64,000 nt of DNA from Candidatus Lactobacillus pullistercoris (lineage in GTDB: Bacteria; Bacillota; Bacilli; Lactobacillales; Lactobacillaceae), in contig JAHLFT010000007.1 in NCBI GenBank assembly GCA_018883635.1, positions 889-64,888 on the forward strand. Reading direction: 5' to 3'. Each line of letters opens with the position of its first letter. The stretch's first letter is position 1. The position numbers and the translations under genes were made by a program. The notes below the pieces were generated by a model, which did no database searches, was not told the DNA's origin, and was given only the letters and a program-made list of their open reading frames with translations. Below are positions 53,000 through 61,596 of the stretch, one piece after another.

Positions 53000-53265
53000 A
53001 ATTTATTAGGATTTCTAAAAATAAAAAGGCCATCCCAGGGTAATTCCTGAGATAGTCTTTCTTTGTAGATGATTTCTTATTACCTGAAGCAGTAGCAGTA
53101 TTTAGAGGTAAAACATTGATATTACCATCAACATGAAGCCCTTCCAATTATCGGTAAACTGCCAAATAATTACACCGTTCATTGATGGAAAGTATCCAAA
53201 ATTAGGTTTTGAGCTTGCTACCCCATTGCCTAGAGGATATGATTACCGTTTTTATAAGTCTACTA
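53000..53265 (-). pseudogene. remnant of a third GH25 muramidase gene
   Basis: The minus strand encodes KPNFGYFPSMNGVIIWQFTDNWKG and, after a 1-nt deletion, LHVDGNINVLPLNTATASGNKK. Both are homologous to the end of the catalytic domain and the linker of the two intact paralogs. The catalytic N-terminus and the SLAP anchor are absent. Confidence 0.75.
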
Positions 53266-53442
53266 AATAATAATATATAATCATAGCTGAAATAGAGGAT
53301 TTAAATAAAAGGATTCCCATAACTTGACAATCCCATTTTCTTAAACAATTCAAAACCACTTTTTCTTGCTATCCACTACCCCAAAAGATATGCTATTTTA
53401 TGATTTAAGTAGGGCTATATTTATAAAGAAAGAAGAATAACT

Positions 53443-54420
53443 ATGTGTACATCAATCATTTTTAGTCCCAAAGACCACTACTTCGGCCGTAATCTCGATC
53501 TTGAAATTTCCTTTGGCCAACAAGTCGTAATTGCCCCAAGAGATTATAATTTCAAATTTAGAAAAATGCCCGACATGAAAAAGCACTATGCTATAATCGG
53601 AATCGCTCTTGTAAGCGACAATTATCCCCTTTACTTTGACGCTTCTAACGAAAAAGGTTTGGGCATGGCCGGCTTAAACTATCCTGGTAACGCTGACTAT
53701 AAAAAAGAATTTGAAAATAAAGATAATGTTTCTCCATTTGAATTTATTCCTTGGGTTCTTGGCCAATGTGCAACTGTAGCCGAAGCCAAAGATTTAATCA
53801 GCAAGATCAACTTAGTAAACATCAGCTTCAGTGAAAAGATGCAATTGTCTCCACTTCACTGGCTAATCGCTGATAAGACTGGTGTTTCAATCACTGTTGA
53901 ATGTGATAAAGACGGCCTTCACGTTTACGATAACCCAGTTGGTACTTTAACTAACAATCCCAAGTTTCCAAAGCAATTGTTTAGTTTAAATAATTACTCA
54001 GATGTGTCACCTAAGATGCCAGTCAACAATTTCTCAAAAGATATTGACTTTGACGGCTACTGCAGAGGTTTAGGTTCACACAACCTTCCGGGTGGTATGG
54101 ATTCACAATCACGTTTTGTTCGTGCAACTTTTAACAAATATAACGCACCAATAAATGACACCGAAGAAGAAAATGTTGATACTTACTTCCATATTCTTCA
54201 CTCAGTTGAACAACAAAAAGGGTTAGATGAAGTTGCTCCAAATCAATTTGAATATACTATTTATTCAGATGGAACTAACTTAGATACTGGTGTCTTCTAC
54301 TACACAACTTATAACCATAAACAAATCACTAAGGTTGATATGCACAAGGAAAACCTTGATAGCGATCAACTCATTAATTTTGAAATCAACAACAAAATTA
54401 CTTTTGATGAGGCAAATTAA
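53443..54420 (+). CDS. bsh: choloylglycine (bile salt) hydrolase, Ntn-hydrolase
   Basis: N-terminal MCTSI (Cys2 nucleophile), 325 aa, conserved FGRNLD and NLVN regions. Confidence 0.93.
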   Translation: MCTSIIFSPKDHYFGRNLDLEISFGQQVVIAPRDYNFKFRKMPDMKKHYAIIGIALVSDNYPLYFDASNEKGLGMAGLNYPGNADYKKEFENKDNVSPFEFIPWVLGQCATVAEAKDLISKINLVNISFSEKMQLSPLHWLIADKTGVSITVECDKDGLHVYDNPVGTLTNNPKFPKQLFSLNNYSDVSPKMPVNNFSKDIDFDGYCRGLGSHNLPGGMDSQSRFVRATFNKYNAPINDTEEENVDTYFHILHSVEQQKGLDEVAPNQFEYTIYSDGTNLDTGVFYYTTYNHKQITKVDMHKENLDSDQLINFEINNKITFDEAN

Positions 54421-54505
54421 TTCTTAAGTTTTATTCAAGAAAGCAACATTTTTCTTTTTTCCTGCTAAAATAACTATTGCAGTTAATTTTTAATGGTAAT
54501 TTGAA

Positions 54506-55081
54506 ATGAAGAACTTTTTAATTGTTACACTGGCAACAATTTTTTTGCTGTCACTAATTTTTAATATAAAAAATTCTGAGCGGTTTAATATTTTTGATGA
54601 ACGATTACATCGAAAATTAATCCGCGATCATAATGGTATTGGCTGGCAAATAATTGCCTTTTTAAATGATCCAAAATTAATGGTAGTTTGGGCAGTGCTT
54701 CTTGCAAGTACCTTAATTGACAGTGATCATGTAATCACTGCGCTTTGGGTTCTTGGAACTCTCGGACTTACTGATTTAGCTGGGATCATTTTAAAGAAAA
54801 TTATTAAACGCAAGAGACCAAAAATGGCTTCTAAACTTGAAAATGGGTATAGCTTTCCTAGTGGTCATGTCTTAGGGGCAACAACGATGATGCTCATCTT
54901 GTTACGGTTATTTGGAGCCAAACTTGGACTCGGATTTATTCTATTTTTAGTCGCCGTTTGGGTGATGGTTATCATTTCGCGGCTTAGTCTTAGAGCCCAC
55001 TACCCATCAGACGTAGCTGGCGCAACTAGCCTGGCAATTTTGTGTTTTGCAATCAGCCAGCAAGTGTTTCAATTATTATAG
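54506..55081 (+). CDS. PAP2-family lipid phosphatase (second copy)
   Basis: Motifs KKIIKRKRP, PSGHV and SRLSLRAHYPSDV. Confidence 0.85.
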   Translation: MKNFLIVTLATIFLLSLIFNIKNSERFNIFDERLHRKLIRDHNGIGWQIIAFLNDPKLMVVWAVLLASTLIDSDHVITALWVLGTLGLTDLAGIILKKIIKRKRPKMASKLENGYSFPSGHVLGATTMMLILLRLFGAKLGLGFILFLVAVWVMVIISRLSLRAHYPSDVAGATSLAILCFAISQQVFQLL

Positions 55082-55121
55082 GTAAATAAAAAAATCTAGG
55101 AGAAAATCCTAGATTTTTTAT

Positions 55122-55955
55122 TTATCCCTCAAAACCAATCATCAAGCCGCCTTTTTCAGCGTAAAAACTACATAAACCTTTCATTGGCCGAATTATAATT
55201 TCTGCTTCTGGATATTCAGCCAGCAGATCATCTTTTAATTTACGCGCTTCGCTTTCATTTTCACAATGATCAATAATCACTTGCCCACCATGATAATCAA
55301 GCTTTTTCATTTGTTTTATTAATTCACGTTTTACTTTCTTCATCCCGCGAACTTTAGCCAGCGGTTCTAAATTACCTTCTTTACTTGCCATCCCAATCAA
55401 ATTAATCTTGAGCATTTTGGCAATCTTAGCTAGAGCTGGTGCAACCCGACCATTTAAAGATAAATTATGCAAAGATTGTAAGACGAACAATAAGTGAGTC
55501 TTTGTTTTCTTCTTAGCAATTGCGGCATCTAAGTCAACCCAGCGAATGTCAGAATCTAATAAAGCGCGAACTTTTTCTAAAATAACTTCCATTTCTGGTC
55601 CAGCTGAACGGGTGTCAACCACAATAATTTGACTATCAGGATGTTTTTCTTGATAAATCGTCTTAGCTTGTAGTGCTGACGAGAATGTCCCACTTAATTT
55701 ACTAGTCATTGTCAAAATAATCGCCTTTTCAGCACCATCAAGTGCAGTTAGCCAATCATCAATACTTGGACATGAAGTCTTACCGGCAATTTTATTTTCT
55801 TTCATTGCTTCAAGATAAGTAGAAATATTAAGACTATCATTATCTAAATAATTTTCACCGCCGAATGAAATTGTTAGTGGAACGACAATTAAATTTTCTT
55901 TCTTATTGGTTAGATCGTTAGAACTAGAATCAATAATTAGTCTTACGTCATTCAT
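55122..55955 (-). CDS. DegV-family fatty-acid-binding protein
   Basis: 277 aa with a DegV-like layout (IIDSSSN..., SGTFSSA). Confidence 0.85.
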   Translation of the reverse strand: MNDVRLIIDSSSNDLTNKKENLIVVPLTISFGGENYLDNDSLNISTYLEAMKENKIAGKTSCPSIDDWLTALDGAEKAIILTMTSKLSGTFSSALQAKTIYQEKHPDSQIIVVDTRSAGPEMEVILEKVRALLDSDIRWVDLDAAIAKKKTKTHLLFVLQSLHNLSLNGRVAPALAKIAKMLKINLIGMASKEGNLEPLAKVRGMKKVKRELIKQMKKLDYHGGQVIIDHCENESEARKLKDDLLAEYPEAEIIIRPMKGLCSFYAEKGGLMIGFEG

Positions 55956-56049
55956 TTTGTAACCTCTTAAAATTTATTACTTTGCTATATTTTTAATTAT
56001 ATCGTAAAGATTTTTTATTGGATATGGGTCTTTATTAAAATTTAATCCG

Positions 56050-56063
56050 TGAAATCGGTTTCA
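56050..56063. promoter_or_regulatory. catabolite-responsive element (cre)
   Basis: TGAAATCGGTTTCA matches TGWAANCGNTNWCA at 14 of 14 positions. It lies immediately upstream of the putative eno -35. Confidence 0.65.
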
Positions 56064-56067
56064 TATG

Positions 56068-56096
56068 TTTACACAATCACAAAGTTAGGCTAAAAT
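56068..56096 (+). promoter_or_regulatory. sigma-A promoter for enolase gene
   Basis: TTTACA - 17 nt - TAAAAT. Confidence 0.55.
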
Positions 56097-56186
56097 TTGA
56101 GTTGTAGTTGAAGAGCAAATAGTTCTTCATGATGGCGATACTTATAAACCGGTATCACATCAGATATTTTTAGGAGGTTTTTTTTG

Positions 56187-57473
56187 ATGTTAAAATCAGT
56201 CATTGAAAATGTTCATGCACTTGAAATTTTTGACTCACGTGGTAACCCAACTGTTGAAGTTTTCGTTACTCTTTCAAACGGTGTAGTTGGTAAAGCTGAA
56301 GTTCCATCTGGTGCTTCAACTGGTGAAAACGAAGCTGTTGAATTACGTGATGGCGATGCACGTCTTGGTGGTAAAGGTGTTATGAAGGCTGTTAACAACG
56401 TTAACACTGAAATTGCTAAGGCATTAAAGGGTATGGATCCACACAACCAACCATTAGTTGATAAGACTATGATCGACTTAGATGGTACTGAAAACAAGGG
56501 TCGCCTTGGTGCTAACGCTATCTTGGGTGTTTCTATGGCCGTTGCAGCTGCTGCAGCTAAGGATACTCACCAACCATTGTACCGTTACCTTGGTGGTACT
56601 GACCTTGAAATGCCTCAAACTTTCCACAATGTTATCAACGGTGGTGAACACGCTGACAACGGAATTGACATTCAAGAATTCATGATTACTCCAGTTAAGA
56701 AGACTTCATTCCGTGATGGTTTTGAAAAGATCGTTAACACTTACCACACCTTGAAGAAGGTTTTGGAAGACATGGGTTACGAAACTGGTTTGGGTGATGA
56801 AGGTGGTTTTGCACCTAACATGAAGAATTCAGAAGAAGCTTTGAAGGCTTTGCACGAATCAATTATCAAGGCTGGTTACAAGCCTGGTGAAGATATCGCT
56901 ATTGCTTGCGACTGTGCTGCTTCATACTTCTACAACAAGGAAGATGGTAAGTACCACCTTGAAGGTAAAGTTCTTACTGGTGATGAATTAAGCGACTACT
57001 ACGACAAGTTGCTTGCTGAATTCCCAGAATTAATTTCTATGGAAGACCCATACGACGAAAACGATGTTGAAGGTATGGTTAAGTTTACTCAAAGCCACAA
57101 AGATCGTCTTCAAATCGTTTTGGATGACTTCATTTGTACTAACCCTAAGCTTTTGAAGAAGGCTATCAAGGAAGGTGCCGGTAACGCATCATTGATCAAG
57201 TTGAACCAAATTGGTACTGTTACTGAAACCCTTGAAACTATCCGTCTTTCACGTAAGAACGGTTACAACACTATGATTTCTCACCGTTCAGGTGAAACTG
57301 GTGATACCTTCATCGCTGACCTTGCTGTTGCTATCAACGGTGGTCAATTGAAGACTGGTGCTCCAGCTCGTTCAGAACGTGTTGAAAAGTACAACCGCTT
57401 ACTTGAAATCGAAGAAGAACTTGGCGAAGGCGAACGTTTGGCATTCTTCCCAGACTCACTTGACAAGGATTAA
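56187..57473 (+). CDS. eno: enolase (phosphopyruvate hydratase)
   Basis: 428 aa with conserved SRGNPTVEV, SHRSGETGD and IKLNQIGT motifs. AGGAGG lies 9 nt upstream of the ATG at 56187. Confidence 0.96.
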   Translation: MLKSVIENVHALEIFDSRGNPTVEVFVTLSNGVVGKAEVPSGASTGENEAVELRDGDARLGGKGVMKAVNNVNTEIAKALKGMDPHNQPLVDKTMIDLDGTENKGRLGANAILGVSMAVAAAAAKDTHQPLYRYLGGTDLEMPQTFHNVINGGEHADNGIDIQEFMITPVKKTSFRDGFEKIVNTYHTLKKVLEDMGYETGLGDEGGFAPNMKNSEEALKALHESIIKAGYKPGEDIAIACDCAASYFYNKEDGKYHLEGKVLTGDELSDYYDKLLAEFPELISMEDPYDENDVEGMVKFTQSHKDRLQIVLDDFICTNPKLLKKAIKEGAGNASLIKLNQIGTVTETLETIRLSRKNGYNTMISHRSGETGDTFIADLAVAINGGQLKTGAPARSERVEKYNRLLEIEEELGEGERLAFFPDSLDKD

Positions 57474-57494
57474 TTCTTTCGAATTAATCAGTAA

Positions 57495-57528
57495 TAAAAA
57501 AGGCTTGCAATCGCAAGTCTTTTTTTTA
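57495..57528. terminator. bidirectional terminator between eno and lysR-type gene
   Basis: aggcttgc / gcaagtct stem flanked by A6 and T8 runs. Confidence 0.8.
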
Positions 57529-58371
57529 CATTAAATCAATAATTTTCTTTATCAACGGTGATACCCTCGCCTTCGGCCAAATCAATTGCAAATGAGTATG
57601 CCAACTAGCATATTGCACTGGAATACAAATATCTTCAGCATATAAGTTAGCAATCGATTCTGGTACAAGAGCGATCCCCATTTCATTCTTTGCCCATAAA
57701 ATGGCAGTCCGTGCATCATCACATTTCACTGCATAATATGGTTTAAGCCCTTGATGAGAAAAACTAGTATTAAAAATTTCTTCGAAACGGCGATAAATGA
57801 TTAGTGGCTTTTTACTTAACTCACGAATACTAATTGAATCTTTTTCTAAAATTTTGCGATCAGTCGTGACAGCCATCATTTGTTCATCAGTAATCGTTTT
57901 AGCATCAAAGCCGCGATGATTAAAAGGCGTTCGGACGAGTCCTAAATCCACCGTTCCATTATTTAATTTTTCAATGACACCAAAAGTATTATCCTCATGG
58001 ACAGCAAACGAGATATTTGGATAATACTTTTTTAGTTTCTTTAAATTACTAGTAGGCAACTCTCCCACTGATGAAGAAACTGTTCCAATCTTGATTGTTC
58101 CTAGCTCCCCATGTGCCGTTTTTTCAACCTGATCACGAGCACTATCGGCTAAGGATAAAATCTGCGTGGCATACGCCTCTAATTCTTTACCAGCATCTGT
58201 CAATTCAATTCCATGAGAAGTTCTCGTAAACAATTTGACATTCAATTCTTTTTCTAACTGCTTTAACTGATAAGACAATGGCGGTTGAGCAATAAATAAT
58301 CGCTTTGCGGCGGCCGTAATTTGTTTTTCTTGAGCAACGACTAAAAAATAGCGCAATTGTTTTAAATTCAT
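57526..58371 (-). CDS. LysR-family transcriptional regulator
   Basis: N-terminal wHTH MNLKQLRYFLVVAQEKQITAAAKRLFIAQPPLSYQLKQLE and a C-terminal substrate-binding domain. Confidence 0.9.
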   Translation of the reverse strand: MNLKQLRYFLVVAQEKQITAAAKRLFIAQPPLSYQLKQLEKELNVKLFTRTSHGIELTDAGKELEAYATQILSLADSARDQVEKTAHGELGTIKIGTVSSSVGELPTSNLKKLKKYYPNISFAVHEDNTFGVIEKLNNGTVDLGLVRTPFNHRGFDAKTITDEQMMAVTTDRKILEKDSISIRELSKKPLIIYRRFEEIFNTSFSHQGLKPYYAVKCDDARTAILWAKNEMGIALVPESIANLYAEDICIPVQYASWHTHLQLIWPKARVSPLIKKIIDLM

Positions 58372-58491
58372 AATAAGTTAATACTCCTAAATAGATATTT
58401 AATTTTTGTATATCACTTATATTAAGCTAATATTTTATCTAACTCAACATCTGTGATAACTTATATAAGAAGAAAAATCGGAGGAGATAAA

Positions 58492-60765
58492 ATGACAAGT
58501 AAGATTCATGGTTTAACTCAAGCCGAAGCCGAAAAACGATTAAAAGAAGACGGTTATAACGAAGTGCCTGAACCCAAATATAATTTTTGGAAGGAATTTG
58601 CAAGTAAGCTCTGGAACCTCTCAGCTTGGATTCTAGAAGCTGCTTTAATTCTTGAATTTGTCCTAGGTAAACAAATCCAAGCTCTTTTCATTGTCGGCAT
58701 GCTTTTATTCGCTGCCTGGAATGGTGCTTCCAAGAAGAAGCAATCACGTAAAGTGTTAGACAGCATTTCTCACCAATTGACACCAACTGTCTCCGTTGAA
58801 CGTGATGGTAAATGGTCATACATCGATTCAAAGAACTTAGTTGTCGGTGATTTGGTCAGTTTAAAAGCTGGTGATGTGTTATCAGCCGATATGAAATTAG
58901 TTTCAGGTAACTTGGCAATTGATGAAAGTTCAATTACTGGGGAATCAAAACCTGTTAAAAAGGCAGAAGATTCACAATTATACTCAGGAACCACAATTGT
59001 TACTGGTTCTGGTTTAGCTCTTGTCAATGCCATCGGAGCAAAATCTCGTGCCGGTAAAACGATTAACTTGATTAACAAATCGGCGGCTCCTGGTCACTTG
59101 CAACAATTGTTAACTAAGATTATTTTTGCCTTATGTACAATTGCCTTAACTTTAACTGCCATTGTTTTAGTAGTAGCAATCATCAGAAAAGACAATATTT
59201 TGGAATTATTACCATTCCTTGCCATGATGTTTATTGCCTCTATTCCTGTGGCAATGCCTTCAACCTTTGCAGTATCTAACTCAGTTGAAGCAAAATATTT
59301 AAGTAAACAAGGCATTTTAACTTCAGATTTAACCGGTATCCAGGATGCCGCTAACTTGAATTTATTGTTACTTGATAAGACAGGAACAATTACTGAAAAT
59401 AAGACTTCTGTTTACAGTTGGACCAACTTTACTAATCTTAATGACGACGAAGTCATTCAAATGGCTTCAGCTGCCATTGATCAAAGAAACTCAAGTATTA
59501 TCGATAATGCTTTGAAGGACTACTTAAAGCAAAAGAAGATTTCATATCAAGAACCAGATAACTTTACACCTTTCACTTCTGCAATTGGTTATTCAATGGC
59601 AACTATCGCAAATCAAAATATTAAATTAGGATCTTTTAAGCAATTGTCTCAGATCGATCCTGATGCCAATGAAGAAGTTAAAAATATTGACTTTGCAGCT
59701 GGTCGTTCAGTAGCAGTTTTAATCGATGATAAATTAGCTGGAGTCTTTATCTTGAAGGATAAGATTAGAAAAGATTCTAAGGCAACTCTTGCTAAGCTTA
59801 AGAATCGCGGCATTAAGTGTATTATGCTTACTGGTGATAACCAAAAGACTGCTGCTAATGTCGCTAAAGAAGTTGGTTTAACTGGTAAAGTAATTTCAAT
59901 TCATGATTTTGATGAAAATACTCATGTTAAAGAAATCGCCGGTATCGCCGACGTTCTTCCTGAAGACAAATTGAGAATGGTTAAGTTGTTCCAAAAGAAA
60001 GGCTTCATCGTGGGAATGACTGGTGACGGTGTTAACGATGCCCCTGCTCTTAAGCAAGCCGAAGTCGGTATTGCAGTTTCTGAAGCCGCTGATGTTGCTA
60101 AACGTTCATCTAAGATGGTTTTGATGAAAGATGGTTTAACACCAATCCTACATATTTTAGATGCCGGACACCGTGTATATCAAAGAATGTCAACTTGGGC
60201 TTTGACTAAAATTTCCAGAACTTCAGAATTAACCATCATTTTAACTCTTGGTTACATCCTCTTCAGATACTTGCCAATTGCTTTCAATGCAATGGTTCTT
60301 TACTCAATTCTTAACTCTCTTGTCGTAATTACAATTGCGACTGATAATGTTCAGATCTCGAATAAACCGGAAAATTGGAACATTTTGGAATTGACTAAAA
60401 CAGCCTTAACTTTGACAGCGGGCTGGGTAATTATCGGCATTATCTTCTTAATTGCCTTAACTAAAGCTGGCTTTCCTCAAGGACAAGTCTCAACCCTTTC
60501 ATTCTTGTACTTAGTATTTACGTCATTAATTACAGTTGCACTTACTAGAACACGTAAATTCTTCTGGCAATCCGCTCCATCTAAGACTGTGGTTTACGTT
60601 GAATTAGCTGACGCTGTTCTTAGTGCAGTATTAGCAATCCTTGGTGTCGCAATGGTACAAATCAGCTGGCAATCACTACTTTTAGTAATTGCTGTTTCAA
60701 TTGTGGCAGCTGTCCTTGTTGATCTTCCATATCATTTTTACATCAACCATATTGCTAAGAACTAA
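58492..60765 (+). CDS. P-type ATPase resembling P3A plasma-membrane H+-ATPases
   Basis: Motifs TGES, DKTGTITENK, MLTGDN and MTGDGVNDAPALKQAEVGIAV. The N-terminus GLTQAEAEKRLKEDGYNEVPE...WNLSAWILEAA follows the AHA/Pma1-type pattern. The ATG at 58492 follows GGAGGAG. Confidence 0.85.
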   Translation: MTSKIHGLTQAEAEKRLKEDGYNEVPEPKYNFWKEFASKLWNLSAWILEAALILEFVLGKQIQALFIVGMLLFAAWNGASKKKQSRKVLDSISHQLTPTVSVERDGKWSYIDSKNLVVGDLVSLKAGDVLSADMKLVSGNLAIDESSITGESKPVKKAEDSQLYSGTTIVTGSGLALVNAIGAKSRAGKTINLINKSAAPGHLQQLLTKIIFALCTIALTLTAIVLVVAIIRKDNILELLPFLAMMFIASIPVAMPSTFAVSNSVEAKYLSKQGILTSDLTGIQDAANLNLLLLDKTGTITENKTSVYSWTNFTNLNDDEVIQMASAAIDQRNSSIIDNALKDYLKQKKISYQEPDNFTPFTSAIGYSMATIANQNIKLGSFKQLSQIDPDANEEVKNIDFAAGRSVAVLIDDKLAGVFILKDKIRKDSKATLAKLKNRGIKCIMLTGDNQKTAANVAKEVGLTGKVISIHDFDENTHVKEIAGIADVLPEDKLRMVKLFQKKGFIVGMTGDGVNDAPALKQAEVGIAVSEAADVAKRSSKMVLMKDGLTPILHILDAGHRVYQRMSTWALTKISRTSELTIILTLGYILFRYLPIAFNAMVLYSILNSLVVITIATDNVQISNKPENWNILELTKTALTLTAGWVIIGIIFLIALTKAGFPQGQVSTLSFLYLVFTSLITVALTRTRKFFWQSAPSKTVVYVELADAVLSAVLAILGVAMVQISWQSLLLVIAVSIVAAVLVDLPYHFYINHIAKN

Positions 60766-60791
60766 ATGATTATATTTTAATCTCTATTAAT

Positions 60792-60833
60792 AAAAATAAC
60801 CTGTGAAATTAATCATTTCACAGGTTATTTTTC
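60792..60833. terminator. bidirectional terminator
   Basis: Perfect 15-bp arms aataacctgtgaaat / atttcacaggttatt. Confidence 0.85.
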
Positions 60834-61378
60834 ATAATCCAAATGGAATCTTACAACAAAAGATGCTAATGATCCCACCTAAAATTGGGCCGACAATCGG
60901 AATCCAGGCATAAGCCCAATGGCGACGAACATCATTACAGCTGTGCCGACAACTTCCGTGACAAAACCATTCCATATATTATGGGCATGATCAAAGGTGA
61001 AGAAACAAGCAAAAACAAGTTCAGGATTGGTCGTTTGCCTAAAGTACGGCCAATAAATTGCGACGACTAATAATTGCCCGCAAATTGCACCTAAGACCTG
61101 ACAAAACAGGTACGGTGCTACCTGCACCCACGGAAAAGTGCCTGCTACTGCTGTAGCGCTGGATTGATCGCAATACTGCCAAATAGCATGGCTGGAATCA
61201 TAACACCAAAGCCGAAGGAAAAGGAGATCAGCACCCAGCCACCATTGGCTTTCGTATCACCAGGATTACCTGTTGTTACTTTTAAAAATGAATTGGCAAC
61301 TGAACCGTTACCAAATAAAATCAGGATCATCGTTCCGAAGAAGTCATTAAAATAATTTAAAACCCAAGAATGAGCCAT
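60832..61378 (-). pseudogene. glpF: MIP-family glycerol facilitator/aquaporin, frameshifted and internally shortened
   Basis: N-terminal piece with the first NPA (SIAINPA), then a frame change right after NPA (about 61150). The middle piece is VAPYLFCQVLGAICG. A second frame change lies near 60885. The tail is AWIPIVGPILGGIISIF. The second NPA region appears to be missing. Confidence 0.75.
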
Positions 61379-61481
61379 TATAATTCCTCCTTTAGAAAAT
61401 ACAAACATTTAGAAAGATATTTTCTAAATTCGAATCAAGCGCAGTTTATCATTTATTTAAATGTTATTTAACTAATTACAG

Positions 61482-61495
61482 CCTAAGCGCTTTCA
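61482..61495. promoter_or_regulatory. cre-like box in glpF/cls intergenic region
   Basis: CCTAAGCGCTTTCA matches the cre consensus at 12 of 14 positions. Confidence 0.4.
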
Positions 61496-61596
61496 TATAT
61501 ATTAGTTTGGCAAAAAATGAGTTGCATTTACCCTTTAATATCAACGTTTGTTAAAATAGACTTTGTTACAAATTTTGAGATTAAGGAAGAAGAAAA

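Noticed and set aside
58372-58491. Possible LysR-binding sites in the lysR/ATPase divergent region (ATAAGT...ACTTAT inverted, and ACTTATAT-AAG repeated twice).
   Set aside because: The spacing (38 nt) does not fit the T-N11-A LysR box. The repeats are short and AT-rich, so I cannot distinguish them from background without comparative data.
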